Origin: Bdellovibrionota bacterium
GTDB lineage: Bacteria > Bdellovibrionota_C > UBA2361 > OMII01
Assembly (NCBI GenBank): GCA_044345405.1
Contig: JBIJBE010000005.1
Span: forward strand, 1-64,000
Direction: 5' to 3'
Length of the DNA stretch: 64,000 bases
In this document: positions 18,719-27,801 of the stretch, piece after piece
How the letters are laid out: each line of letters starts with the position of its first letter
Numbering within the stretch: the first letter of the stretch is position 1
Translations under genes and position numbers: made by a program
Notes under the pieces: generated by a model
What the model was told of the DNA's origin: nothing
The model's database searches: none
What the model saw: the letters and a program-made list of their open reading frames with translations, nothing else

Positions 18719-20005
18719 ATGAGACGGTCAGCGCGTTTATCACTTTGCGGCCTCTTGGCTATCTGGTCTCTAGCTTTTCGGGATCCATTAGGCGCGTTCG
18801 CGGAAAACGAAGAGGAGTCCACGACCACCGAAGCGCCGAGCACAGGGGACTCTGAAGAGACCGGGGAGCTACCGGAATCGATCCGACGTCTCTTCGGCGA
18901 GACGATACCCTTTCCGGAACCGGAAACCACTGGGATCGAACTCTACGCGCTTGCGATACAGGACGTCTACGCGAACACCACAGGCGGCGCGAGTCGCGGA
19001 GGTGGTATTATTGGAAATGTGCTCCTCTCCCTTACCCTGCGAACGAAAGAGCTCGGGCTGTGGGAGGGCGGCAAAATGGTGACCGAGGGAATCGGTATCT
19101 ACGGCCGGATGCCGTCAGAGCTGATCGGAGACTACCAGTATACTAGTAGTATCGACGCCCCAGATGGTGTCGAGCTCTATCAGATGTACTATGAGCACAC
19201 ATTCTTTGATGAGCGCGTTTCCCTCTTGGCGGGCATTCACGACTACTCCCTTGAGTTCGCTGTGGTTGAATACGGTTGGGATTTCATTCACAGCTCTTTT
19301 TGGACCCCTTCAACGATGACTCAGTTTTGGTGGTCCTTCTACCCGAGCACAAGTTTGGGGACTCGCGCTAAGGTGCGCCTCTCGGAATCCGGCTATCTTT
19401 TGGCTGGCGTGTACGATGGAAATCCAACCAACCAAGCAAACAATCGAGAGATAGATTGGGGCCTAAGCAAAACGGATGGAGCCCACACCCTGGTGGAGCT
19501 CGGCCTATCCGAGAGCGGCGAGGGCAAGCGCCCCTATAAGCTCGCCCTAGGCGGATGGTATAATTCTGGAGAATTCGACTCCGCGGATGGAGGCACCATG
19601 CGCGCGAACTCCGGCACGTGGATGGTTGGACAGGCGCTCCTCATCAGCGAGGACGAGAGCTATGAACGGGGACTGGGTGGATTCTTTCAAGTGGCACAAG
19701 CTGACAACACCCGAAATTTCAATTCATGGTATTTCGGAACGGGGCTCCGCTACAAAGGACTGATTGGGTCCCGGCCTGAAGACATCGTTGGGCTCGCATG
19801 GGGCCGAGCCACGATTAGCTCTACCTATCAGGAGGCGAATCCAGGAACAGATTCCTTCGAGGCAACCACGGAGCTCACCTACAGGGCAATTATCCGTCCA
19901 TGGCTCACCCTTCAGCCCTCCGTTCAACTTATTACGAATCCCGGCGCTAATCCGGACTATGACGATGCCGTGGCATTTTACCTACGCTCTGAAATCGTAC
20001 TTTAA
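18719..20005 (+). CDS. OprB-family carbohydrate-selective porin
   Basis: Signal peptide, ELYQMYYEH, AGVYDGNP, RPEDIVGLAW, ELTYRA...LTLQPSVQLITNPG. Confidence 0.85.
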   Translation: MRRSARLSLCGLLAIWSLAFRDPLGAFAENEEESTTTEAPSTGDSEETGELPESIRRLFGETIPFPEPETTGIELYALAIQDVYANTTGGASRGGGIIGNVLLSLTLRTKELGLWEGGKMVTEGIGIYGRMPSELIGDYQYTSSIDAPDGVELYQMYYEHTFFDERVSLLAGIHDYSLEFAVVEYGWDFIHSSFWTPSTMTQFWWSFYPSTSLGTRAKVRLSESGYLLAGVYDGNPTNQANNREIDWGLSKTDGAHTLVELGLSESGEGKRPYKLALGGWYNSGEFDSADGGTMRANSGTWMVGQALLISEDESYERGLGGFFQVAQADNTRNFNSWYFGTGLRYKGLIGSRPEDIVGLAWGRATISSTYQEANPGTDSFEATTELTYRAIIRPWLTLQPSVQLITNPGANPDYDDAVAFYLRSEIVL

Positions 20006-20062
20006 TAGGGGAATGGGGCCTCCCCGCTTGACCTGGTAGAGCCCCATGAATACCCTGGGTAC

Positions 20063-20455
20063 ATGAACGGAGCCTTCAGAAAACTACTTCTCGCCAAGAT
20101 TCACGGAGCCGTCGTCACTGAGGCTAACGTCAACTACGAGGGTAGCATCACCATTCCCCGAAACCTCCTCGACACCACGGGGCTCCTTCCCCATGAGTCG
20201 GTGCACGTGTGGAACATTACCCGTGGCACCCGCTTTGAAACCTACATCCTTGATGGCGGAGAAAAGCACCGGGATATTCACGTGAATGGAGCGGCGGCTC
20301 ACCTCGTTGAGCCAGGGGATTCCCTCATCGTTGCTGGTTTTGTTCATTTGCCCGCGGAAACAGCACACCTGCATCAGCCAAAGGTGGTTTTCTTAAACAC
20401 AGATAATTCAGTTAAAGGTATTCGCGGTGAGAAGCCGGCGACGATTGCGGCGTAG
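20063..20455 (+). CDS. panD: Aspartate 1-decarboxylase
   Basis: AKIHGAVVTEANVNYEG/SITI (self-cleavage site), RFETY, VNGAAAH. Confidence 0.95.
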   Translation: MNGAFRKLLLAKIHGAVVTEANVNYEGSITIPRNLLDTTGLLPHESVHVWNITRGTRFETYILDGGEKHRDIHVNGAAAHLVEPGDSLIVAGFVHLPAETAHLHQPKVVFLNTDNSVKGIRGEKPATIAA

Positions 20456-20484
20456 GGGCTCTCCTTCCTCGCGCCTCGGCACTC

Positions 20485-20579
20485 GGGAGCGCGGTCATTC
20501 CTGACCGCCGCGTTCGAACTTGCGGCCCACATCGCTTGAGTCCCGAAACATTCCGGCGAGCAGGAATGCTCGCCCTCCC
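20485..20579. repeat. GGAG-type REP doublet (REPIN-like), copy 1
   Basis: GGGAGCGCGGTCATTCCTGACCGCCGCGTT ... GGCGAGCAGGAATGCTCGCCCTCCC; a near-identical arm pair occurs at 42138-42233. Confidence 0.8.
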
Positions 20580-20878
20580 GCATCTCGGGGCGAAATGTGT
20601 TTCGGATGTCGCATTTCCCAACCCTCAACACCCAACTCGCCCCCTGAATCCCACTATTTTCAAAAAAACACCGAGCATCCGCCCGGAAATGCCCTGCGAA
20701 AGACGACGCAATATCAAGCACTTAGAACACTTGTCGCGAATCCAAAGCAAACCGGGACAATCTTTTTACAAAGCTGCACCGGAGCTGTGACAACTGCCGA
20801 GTTCGTTCATGCGAAAACCTCCCCTCGTTGGTTGTGACGAGCGCGACCAACGACGAACGAAACTTAGGGAGATAGAAA

Positions 20879-21529
20879 ATGAAAGATAAGAAACTTACAG
20901 ACGTAGAAGTAGTAAACGAATTCAAGGCGGGAGACGCTCTCGCGTTCGAGGAGATTATCTCACGATATGAATCGAAGGTGATGAGCTTGGCGCTTCGTTT
21001 CACTCGCAATCAAGAGGACGCCGAGGAGGTTATGCAGGACGTCTTCACTACCGTCTACCGCAAGATCGATGGCTTCCGCGGTCAATCAGCTTTCTCAAGC
21101 TGGCTCTACCGAATCGTCGTAAACGCCGCGTTCATGAAGCTTCGTAAGAGGAAGCAGAGCCAAACGGTATCAATGGACGACCTCTCTCCAGCGATCAAGC
21201 AGTACTGTATCGACCGAGAGACCTTTAACGGATCGTTTTCTCAAAACATCGCAATCTCTCATGAGATGCAATCAGTTATCCAAAACGCGGTAAACAGACT
21301 TCCTGACCAATACCGCGCGGTATTCGTACTCCGCGACGTGGATGGTCTCTCGAACCAAGAGACCGGAGAGATCCTTAACCTCTCCATCCCAGCGGTAAAA
21401 TCAAGACTTCACCGTTCGCGCATCATGCTCCGTAAGAAGCTTCAACGCTACTACGAGGATTACACCGGTAATAAGGCTGTAATCGATGAGCGCTTCGTTG
21501 AAGAGGACGCAGTTCAGACAGCAGCCTAA
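20879..21529 (+). CDS. ECF sigma-70 factor (RpoE-like)
   Basis: DAEEVMQDVF, FSSWLYRIVVN, LPDQYRAVFVLRDVDGLS, VKSRLHRSR; AGGGAG ribosome-binding site. Confidence 0.93.
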   Translation: MKDKKLTDVEVVNEFKAGDALAFEEIISRYESKVMSLALRFTRNQEDAEEVMQDVFTTVYRKIDGFRGQSAFSSWLYRIVVNAAFMKLRKRKQSQTVSMDDLSPAIKQYCIDRETFNGSFSQNIAISHEMQSVIQNAVNRLPDQYRAVFVLRDVDGLSNQETGEILNLSIPAVKSRLHRSRIMLRKKLQRYYEDYTGNKAVIDERFVEEDAVQTAA

Positions 21530-21545
21530 TTCGTTAGTTCGTTCG

Positions 21546-21582
21546 AGCGGCCTCCTACCTCCCTAGGAGGTCGCTATTTTTT
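21546..21582 (+). terminator. intrinsic terminator
   Basis: AGCGGCCTCCTA-cctccc-TAGGAGGTCGCT-ATTTTTT. Confidence 0.75.
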
Positions 21583-21765
21583 CGCCAGGGAGGGTTTGAC
21601 ACCACCGTCCAATTTTTTCCAAGCCGAGGGCGCTATGAACAGCCATCCTCGGAGCGAATACACGAGAGGCCCTATCGCTCTCGCGGCCTCTATTACCAAG
21701 AGGCAACCGCCACGATAGGCGCCTCATCACGCGACAACCGCACGGCGACATCCGCTATAGTCGTG

Positions 21766-21796
21766 AAAATAAAAAGCCCGACACAAGGTCGGGCTT
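21766..21796 (-). terminator. intrinsic terminator for the DHS-like gene
   Basis: AAGCCCGAC-acaag-GTCGGGCTT with an A-run on the left (U-tract on the minus strand). Confidence 0.75.
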
Positions 21797-21829
21797 CTGA
21801 CGATTCTTCGTCGCTGCGTCTCAAATCCT

Positions 21830-22927
21830 CTACAGATCCAACAACACCGCGGCGATCCATGGGAATGCCACCGTCACATCGCTTTGGATGATCTGGTAGT
21901 AGCTCTGCGTTGAGAGCTTATCCCAGGTAATCTTCTCTTTTCCTCCAGCTCCCGAGTAAGAACCGTACGACATCGGCGAAGAGCCGATCTCGATGAATCC
22001 GGCCCAGTCACGAACCTTGTGCATCTTGAGGTCATGCTTGATCGATGGAACCGCGCAGATCGGGAAGTCAGCGGCGATACCGCCACCAAGCTGAAGGAAC
22101 GCGATCGGGCTCTTCTTGCTGTTATCAAGGTACCAATCGTACATCATCGTGAAGTACTCAAGTCCGCTCTTCATGATGTTCTGATCGAGAACAACGTCGG
22201 CGTCCTTGCGGTACTTACCGTTATACGTGTAGCTCGCGAAGATATTACCCATCGTTGAGTCCTCGAAACCAGGGATCACGATAGGGATGTTCTTCTCGTA
22301 CGCGGCGTAGGTCCAGCAATCAGCGGGATTAGCGGCCGCGTCGGGCTTGATCAACTTCTCAGCGTATAAGCGTCGGAAGTACTCATGCGGGAAATAACGC
22401 TTCCCTTCCTTCTGAGCCTGCTTCCACATCTTGAGGAGGTGAGGCTCCATAATCCGCACACTCTCATCCTCTGGAAGGAAGGTATCGGTGATACGACGGA
22501 GACCCGCGTCACGAAGCTCAGCTTCTTGCTTCGGGGTAAGCTCAGTGTAACGAGGGATGTACGCATAGTGAGAGTGCGCCACATAGCGGTAGAAGGACTC
22601 CTCGTGGTTTGCCGCCGTGGCGGAAACGAGGTGAACCTTATCCTGCCGGATAAGCTCTGAGAGCATCACGCCGACTTGGAACGAGCTCAACGCGCCGGAG
22701 ATGGTGACAACAAGCTTTCCGCCGTTATCCAAGTGCTCCTTAAGCCAGTGGGCTGCCTGAAGGGTAGCGCCACCGTTACAGTGCTTGAGCGTAAGCTCGG
22801 CGTACCGTGATACGGGGGACTTCCCTGTCTTCATCGCCTTAGAGAGCGCGAGCTTCTTGGCAGCGCCGGTCTCTGGGACAACGAAGTCTTGGAGGTTCTT
22901 GGACAGGGATTTGAATTTCTTTTTCAT
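21830..22927 (-). CDS. Deoxyhypusine synthase-like protein (SpeY-like)
   Basis: SGALSS, RRITDTFLPE, PGFEDSTMGNIF, LGGGIAADFPIC, SYGSYSGA..KEKITWDK. The ORF track opens at 23014; the ATG at 22927 is preferred. Confidence 0.88.
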   Translation of the reverse strand: MKKKFKSLSKNLQDFVVPETGAAKKLALSKAMKTGKSPVSRYAELTLKHCNGGATLQAAHWLKEHLDNGGKLVVTISGALSSFQVGVMLSELIRQDKVHLVSATAANHEESFYRYVAHSHYAYIPRYTELTPKQEAELRDAGLRRITDTFLPEDESVRIMEPHLLKMWKQAQKEGKRYFPHEYFRRLYAEKLIKPDAAANPADCWTYAAYEKNIPIVIPGFEDSTMGNIFASYTYNGKYRKDADVVLDQNIMKSGLEYFTMMYDWYLDNSKKSPIAFLQLGGGIAADFPICAVPSIKHDLKMHKVRDWAGFIEIGSSPMSYGSYSGAGGKEKITWDKLSTQSYYQIIQSDVTVAFPWIAAVLLDL

Positions 22928-23182
22928 GTGCGGGGACCCACTCAGACGTTGTGGGGGTACTTTACGCACCAACGGGAAAAAATCAAATTTTTCCTGAGCC
23001 AAAAATCCGCTCACCGAACTCGGCCCAGCAGCACAGGCGACAAGCGAAAAACTGTCAGATGGGCTTACTATGAATCTTCTTTAGGGCCGGCACAGATAAC
23101 CATCCCAGCCATACCGTCGGCCCGCCCCGGCTCCGCTAAACCATTGTTTTTACGAGTCCATTCGTGAGATACGAACACACCG

Positions 23183-26100
23183 TTACGCCGCGGCCCCGCT
23201 CGCGCTCTCCGCCTCAACACGCATCTGAGCGACCACTTTGTTCGGAAGCAGCCACAGGAACTGATCTCTTTGGGAGTCCCAATCAGAGAGGAACGCCTTT
23301 GCCGACGAGCTCTCGGTCGCCTCGAGGTAGTCCTCAAGGATCCCACGTAGTCGCTCCTCAGCGGCCGCGCTCAACGAAACCGGAGTCACATACTCAGTGT
23401 TAATGAACTTCTTGCTATCTTGAAGGACGAACACCTCTCCACCGGTCATACCAGCGCCGATATTAAAGGAGGTTTCTCCCAGAATGACGACCGTACCATT
23501 AGTCATATACTCACAGGCGTGCAGCCCTGCTCCCTCGACAACGGTGACCGCTCCACTGTTCCGGACCGCGAAACGATCTCCCGCTCTTCCGTGAACATAG
23601 AGACGCCCACCGGTCGCGCCGTAGAGCGCGCAGTTACCGATAATAGCGTTCTTTTCAGGAGCGAATTTCGCCGCTGGGGCTGGCTTGATCACAACACGGC
23701 CACCCGACATCGATTTACACACCGAGTCGTTCGCCTCGCCGAAAAGTCGCACATTGAAACCTTCACAGAGGAAGACACCGAATCCTTGGCCGGCGCTACC
23801 GGAGAATGAGAGGTTCATCTGCCCCCCAATCTTGATAACATCACCGTAGGTATCCCGCTTCCTCTCAGAACGTTCAATCAGCGCGAGCCGTTGAGCGTGC
23901 ACCCGCTGTGACACAATGCCAGACACAGAGGCGAGGGTTGCTTTGTCGTTTGTCGATATCTGATACGACCGTACGATAACTTCGCCGTTAGTAATCGCGG
24001 GCATGCAGTCATCAATCAGCTCCTGATTGAGTTGACTTATTCCCGAATCGAAGAGCGGTGACAGCTTCGTCTCAAGTGGCGCGCTCGACTCAAGTAAACC
24101 AGAGAGATCGAGACCGCGCGCCTCAACGACCGACGCGTGTAAAGGCTCTACCACCAGGAACTCCGTTCGTCCGGGAAGCTCGCTCAGGTTATGCACCCCA
24201 AGAGCCGCGAGATTAAGTCGAACATCGTCGGCGATGTACGACAACACCCGTACGATATCCTCGGCGGCTCCTTTATACTTAGCTTTAAACTTCGGATCGT
24301 GGGTGGCGATTCCGGTTGGGCATGTGTTCTTCTCACAGATACGAGCCATGATACACCCCTGCGCCACCAACAGGAGCTTCCCGAAATCGAACTCCTCAGC
24401 TCCAAGTATAGCGGCCGTCACAATGTCACGTCCGGTCTGAAGCGCTCCGTCAACTCGCAAGGTCACGTGTCGACGCAATCCATTTTTAACGAGCGCCTTA
24501 TGCACCTCGGTAAGCCCAAGCTCCCACGGAAGCCCCGCGTGCTTCATCGACGTTAACGTCGCGGCACCCGTACCTCCATCGCTTCCGGCTACGTGGATAA
24601 TGTCGGCGCCAGCTTTCGCGACACCAACCGCGATAGTGCCGATAGTAGAACCGGACACAAGCTTCACACTCACCTTGGCTGATGGCTTTACCTGTTTGAG
24701 CTCGTAGATAAGCTCTTTGAGGTCCTCAATACTGTAGATATCGTGAAGAGGTGGCGGTGAGATGAGGTCAACGTTCATGTTCGAGTGGCGAGCGCGAGCG
24801 ATCTCCAAACTCACCTTTACTCCCATGAGTTGCCCACCCTCTCCAGGCTTCGCGCCTTGCGCGACCTTGATCTGAAACTCCTCAGCGCTACTGAGATATT
24901 CACCGGTGACACCGAACCGCCCCGACGCGACCTGCTTCGTTGAGGCCGTAGTGCCATCGATGTAGTAGTAGGGGTTCTCTCCTCCCTCTCCGCTGTTGCT
25001 TCGACCACCGATCATCTTCATCGCGGCGATGATATCTCGCTGCGATTCAGCGCTAATAGCGCCGAACGACATCGCGCCGGAACCGAAGAGCTTGAGAATG
25101 TCAGCGCGAGACTGGACTCCTTCGAGAGGAGTCGTAGTCGCGCCTTTCCTGAGCGCCAGAAGTTGTCGGATGGTAACCGGAGCATCGGCGTCGTTCGACT
25201 TAAGGTACTCCTCATATACCTCCCACGCACCCTGCTCACGCGCGAGCTTATGAAGGAACCGTGAGCGAACACTCGTCATTGAGTGCTTCTCGCCAACAAC
25301 GCCCTTTACGTGCTCTTTAAACACATAGGTGGAGCGGAACTTCCCACCCTCAGCGAGCTCCTTGGCCTGCGCGGTCTCGATGAGGATCTTCTCGACAAGC
25401 TGGTCGATACCGATTCCCCCGATAGGACTCGCCACGCCACTGAAGTATTCCTTTACGATCTCTTTGCCTAAGCCAACCGCCGTAAAGAGTCGGGCGCCAT
25501 GATAGCTTCGAACCACGGAGATTCCGATCTTCGCCATCACTTTAAGAAGGCCCGCGTCAAAGGTCTTGAGAAGGTTCTTCTCTTTCTGATCCGGGGGAAG
25601 CTTCTGGAGGCTCGCGTCTTGGTCAAAGCACGCGATCTGGAGCGCCAAGCGAGGGCACACAGCCGCCGCGCCGAATCCGACGAGCGCCGCCACATGGTGG
25701 GTACTGCGAACCTCTCCCGTGTCAACCACGATAGAGGCGCTTAAGAGCTCGCCTGCTTGATTAAGCGCCTTACTGACCGCTCTCAAGACGAGCAGGCTCG
25801 GGATCGGGGGGTGTTCATAAGTCGCCAAACGATCGGTAAGAACAACGATACTGCAACCGTTCTGCACCGCGGTTACAGCGTCAGCGGCAAGCTTTCGGAG
25901 CTGCGCCCGAAATCCTACCGCCCCGTGATCACGGCGGAAGGTCATGTGGAGCTCTCGGGTCTTTAAGTGCCCCTGCGAGCCCTCATGTTCGGCGAGCTTC
26001 TGGAGGTACTCCATCTGCCCCAAGCTCAGTACCGGACTGTGCAGCTCAATCGCTCGAGCTGGAGGAATCAGCTCCTTAGGCGCGAAGATGTTCGGCCTGC

Positions 26101-27676
26101 GCCCCAGGTAGGTCGTCAGATCCGTGACCATACTCTCTCGAAGATAATCGAGCGGCGGGTTCGTGACCTGCGCGAACTCCTGATAGAAGTAATCAAAGAA
26201 ACTTCGAGGCTCTTGCGAGAGTACCGCCGGACGAGCGGTATCTCCCATTGAGCCGATCGGCTCCTTACCCTCAAGGATCATCGGGAAGAGAAGCCGTTCA
26301 CGGTCCTCATCGGTGTAACAGAAGAGGTGCTGACGGGAGAGATCGGGGATTTCAGATGAGCGCGATCCGAACTCGATCTTCAAGAGATGCGGATCAAAGC
26401 GAGCATCGTGATTATCGAGCGAACGGCTTGGGTCTTCGAAGTGCACAAGGCCACTACTTAGCTCGACGCTCACGCCAGAACCGGCTCGCAACGTCCCCTT
26501 GGACTCTACGCTCGCTTCATCAACAGGAAACGCTCCAGCCTCGGAACAGAGGTAGAATCGATCCTCGGTCATCGTCCATCGACATGGACGGAATCCGTTG
26601 CGGTCCAGCCGAGCACCGATCTTTTCACCGTCACTGAACGTGATGAACGCGGGTCCATCCCACGGCTCCATCGCGCGACTCCAGAACTTATAGAAGGAGT
26701 TCTGCTGATCGGCGGGCGGGATCATAATGGCGAGGATATCCTCTACGTTCGGGATACTGCTTCGATACTTTAACGCCTCCACCATCTCGTTCAAACTTCC
26801 TGAGTCGCTGATACCGGTGTGGGTCAGAAGCTCATCAAACGGCAAACCCAACGCGTGCTCACGGGCGAACGCCCACGATCGGTTACCGGCGATGGTATTA
26901 ATCTCACCGTTATGCGCGATAAGGCGGAACGGCTGCGCCTTATCCCATGAGGTACGCGTATTCGTGCTGAATCGTCGGTGTACGAGGGCGAATCGTGAGG
27001 CGAAACGAGGATCTTGAAGATCAAGGTAGAGCCTATCGAGATGCTCCGCTTTCGTGAGCGCCTTGTACACGATCGTAGTAGTCGAAAGCGAGGTAAAGAA
27101 GAACTCGCCCCCGAATCCGTGCTCACGGTGCTTCGTTCTTGTAGCCTGCTTCGCGGCGTAGAGGGCTTTATTGAACGACTCGTCCGTACGACAGTGGGCA
27201 GGACGCTCAACAATCACATGTTGAATATGCGGCAAGCTCTCAAGCGCCTCTTGCCCAAGCACCGAGGTGTCCATCGGGACATCGCGATAATCGAGCACCT
27301 TCATCCCCATAAAAGCGAAGGTATCCTCGAATATCTTCAACGAATGCCGCAAGCGCTGCGGCTCTTTGGGCATGAACAGGGTCGCGACCGCAACCGAACC
27401 CTTAGGGTAGCCAAAGAACTCAAAGGGGATATCGGTCATAATCCCCGCGCCATCGCCCGTCACCTGGTCAGCGCCACACGCTCCCCGGTGCTCGACACAA
27501 CGAAGCGCCGAGAGCGCCGCCTGTACTATCTCGTGGCTCGCCCTCCCCTTCCGGTCAGCGACGAAGCCTACGCCACACGCGTCGCGTTCCTCATTGAGGA
27601 AGGGGGTAGCGCCATGAATGTCAGTGGAAACCGAGGAGACGGGGGGATTGGAGGGGGGTGTGTTCATGAAGTACAC
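23183..27676 (-). CDS. gltB: Glutamate synthase large subunit
   Basis: ERDACGVGF (N-terminal Cys), HRRFSTNT, AHNGEINT, EPWDGPA, QVTNPPLD, KQVASGRFGV, AQGAKPGEGGQL, CIMARICEKNTCPTG, C-terminal GXGXG domain. Confidence 0.97.
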   Translation of the reverse strand: MYFMNTPPSNPPVSSVSTDIHGATPFLNEERDACGVGFVADRKGRASHEIVQAALSALRCVEHRGACGADQVTGDGAGIMTDIPFEFFGYPKGSVAVATLFMPKEPQRLRHSLKIFEDTFAFMGMKVLDYRDVPMDTSVLGQEALESLPHIQHVIVERPAHCRTDESFNKALYAAKQATRTKHREHGFGGEFFFTSLSTTTIVYKALTKAEHLDRLYLDLQDPRFASRFALVHRRFSTNTRTSWDKAQPFRLIAHNGEINTIAGNRSWAFAREHALGLPFDELLTHTGISDSGSLNEMVEALKYRSSIPNVEDILAIMIPPADQQNSFYKFWSRAMEPWDGPAFITFSDGEKIGARLDRNGFRPCRWTMTEDRFYLCSEAGAFPVDEASVESKGTLRAGSGVSVELSSGLVHFEDPSRSLDNHDARFDPHLLKIEFGSRSSEIPDLSRQHLFCYTDEDRERLLFPMILEGKEPIGSMGDTARPAVLSQEPRSFFDYFYQEFAQVTNPPLDYLRESMVTDLTTYLGRRPNIFAPKELIPPARAIELHSPVLSLGQMEYLQKLAEHEGSQGHLKTRELHMTFRRDHGAVGFRAQLRKLAADAVTAVQNGCSIVVLTDRLATYEHPPIPSLLVLRAVSKALNQAGELLSASIVVDTGEVRSTHHVAALVGFGAAAVCPRLALQIACFDQDASLQKLPPDQKEKNLLKTFDAGLLKVMAKIGISVVRSYHGARLFTAVGLGKEIVKEYFSGVASPIGGIGIDQLVEKILIETAQAKELAEGGKFRSTYVFKEHVKGVVGEKHSMTSVRSRFLHKLAREQGAWEVYEEYLKSNDADAPVTIRQLLALRKGATTTPLEGVQSRADILKLFGSGAMSFGAISAESQRDIIAAMKMIGGRSNSGEGGENPYYYIDGTTASTKQVASGRFGVTGEYLSSAEEFQIKVAQGAKPGEGGQLMGVKVSLEIARARHSNMNVDLISPPPLHDIYSIEDLKELIYELKQVKPSAKVSVKLVSGSTIGTIAVGVAKAGADIIHVAGSDGGTGAATLTSMKHAGLPWELGLTEVHKALVKNGLRRHVTLRVDGALQTGRDIVTAAILGAEEFDFGKLLLVAQGCIMARICEKNTCPTGIATHDPKFKAKYKGAAEDIVRVLSYIADDVRLNLAALGVHNLSELPGRTEFLVVEPLHASVVEARGLDLSGLLESSAPLETKLSPLFDSGISQLNQELIDDCMPAITNGEVIVRSYQISTNDKATLASVSGIVSQRVHAQRLALIERSERKRDTYGDVIKIGGQMNLSFSGSAGQGFGVFLCEGFNVRLFGEANDSVCKSMSGGRVVIKPAPAAKFAPEKNAIIGNCALYGATGGRLYVHGRAGDRFAVRNSGAVTVVEGAGLHACEYMTNGTVVILGETSFNIGAGMTGGEVFVLQDSKKFINTEYVTPVSLSAAAEERLRGILEDYLEATESSSAKAFLSDWDSQRDQFLWLLPNKVVAQMRVEAESASGAAA

Positions 27677-27801
27677 GCGCCTATGTAAGAAGCAAAAATA
27701 AGTACTGCCTCGACAGAATAGAGGAAAGGGGTGAGGGAAACTAGAAAAATCGATCGCCCCGGGCTCAGAAATTGAACCCTCCTAAGAGAAGGCGACGGTC
27801 C

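Noticed and set aside
27014-27688. 224-aa plus-strand ORF
   Set aside because: Antisense shadow of gltB.
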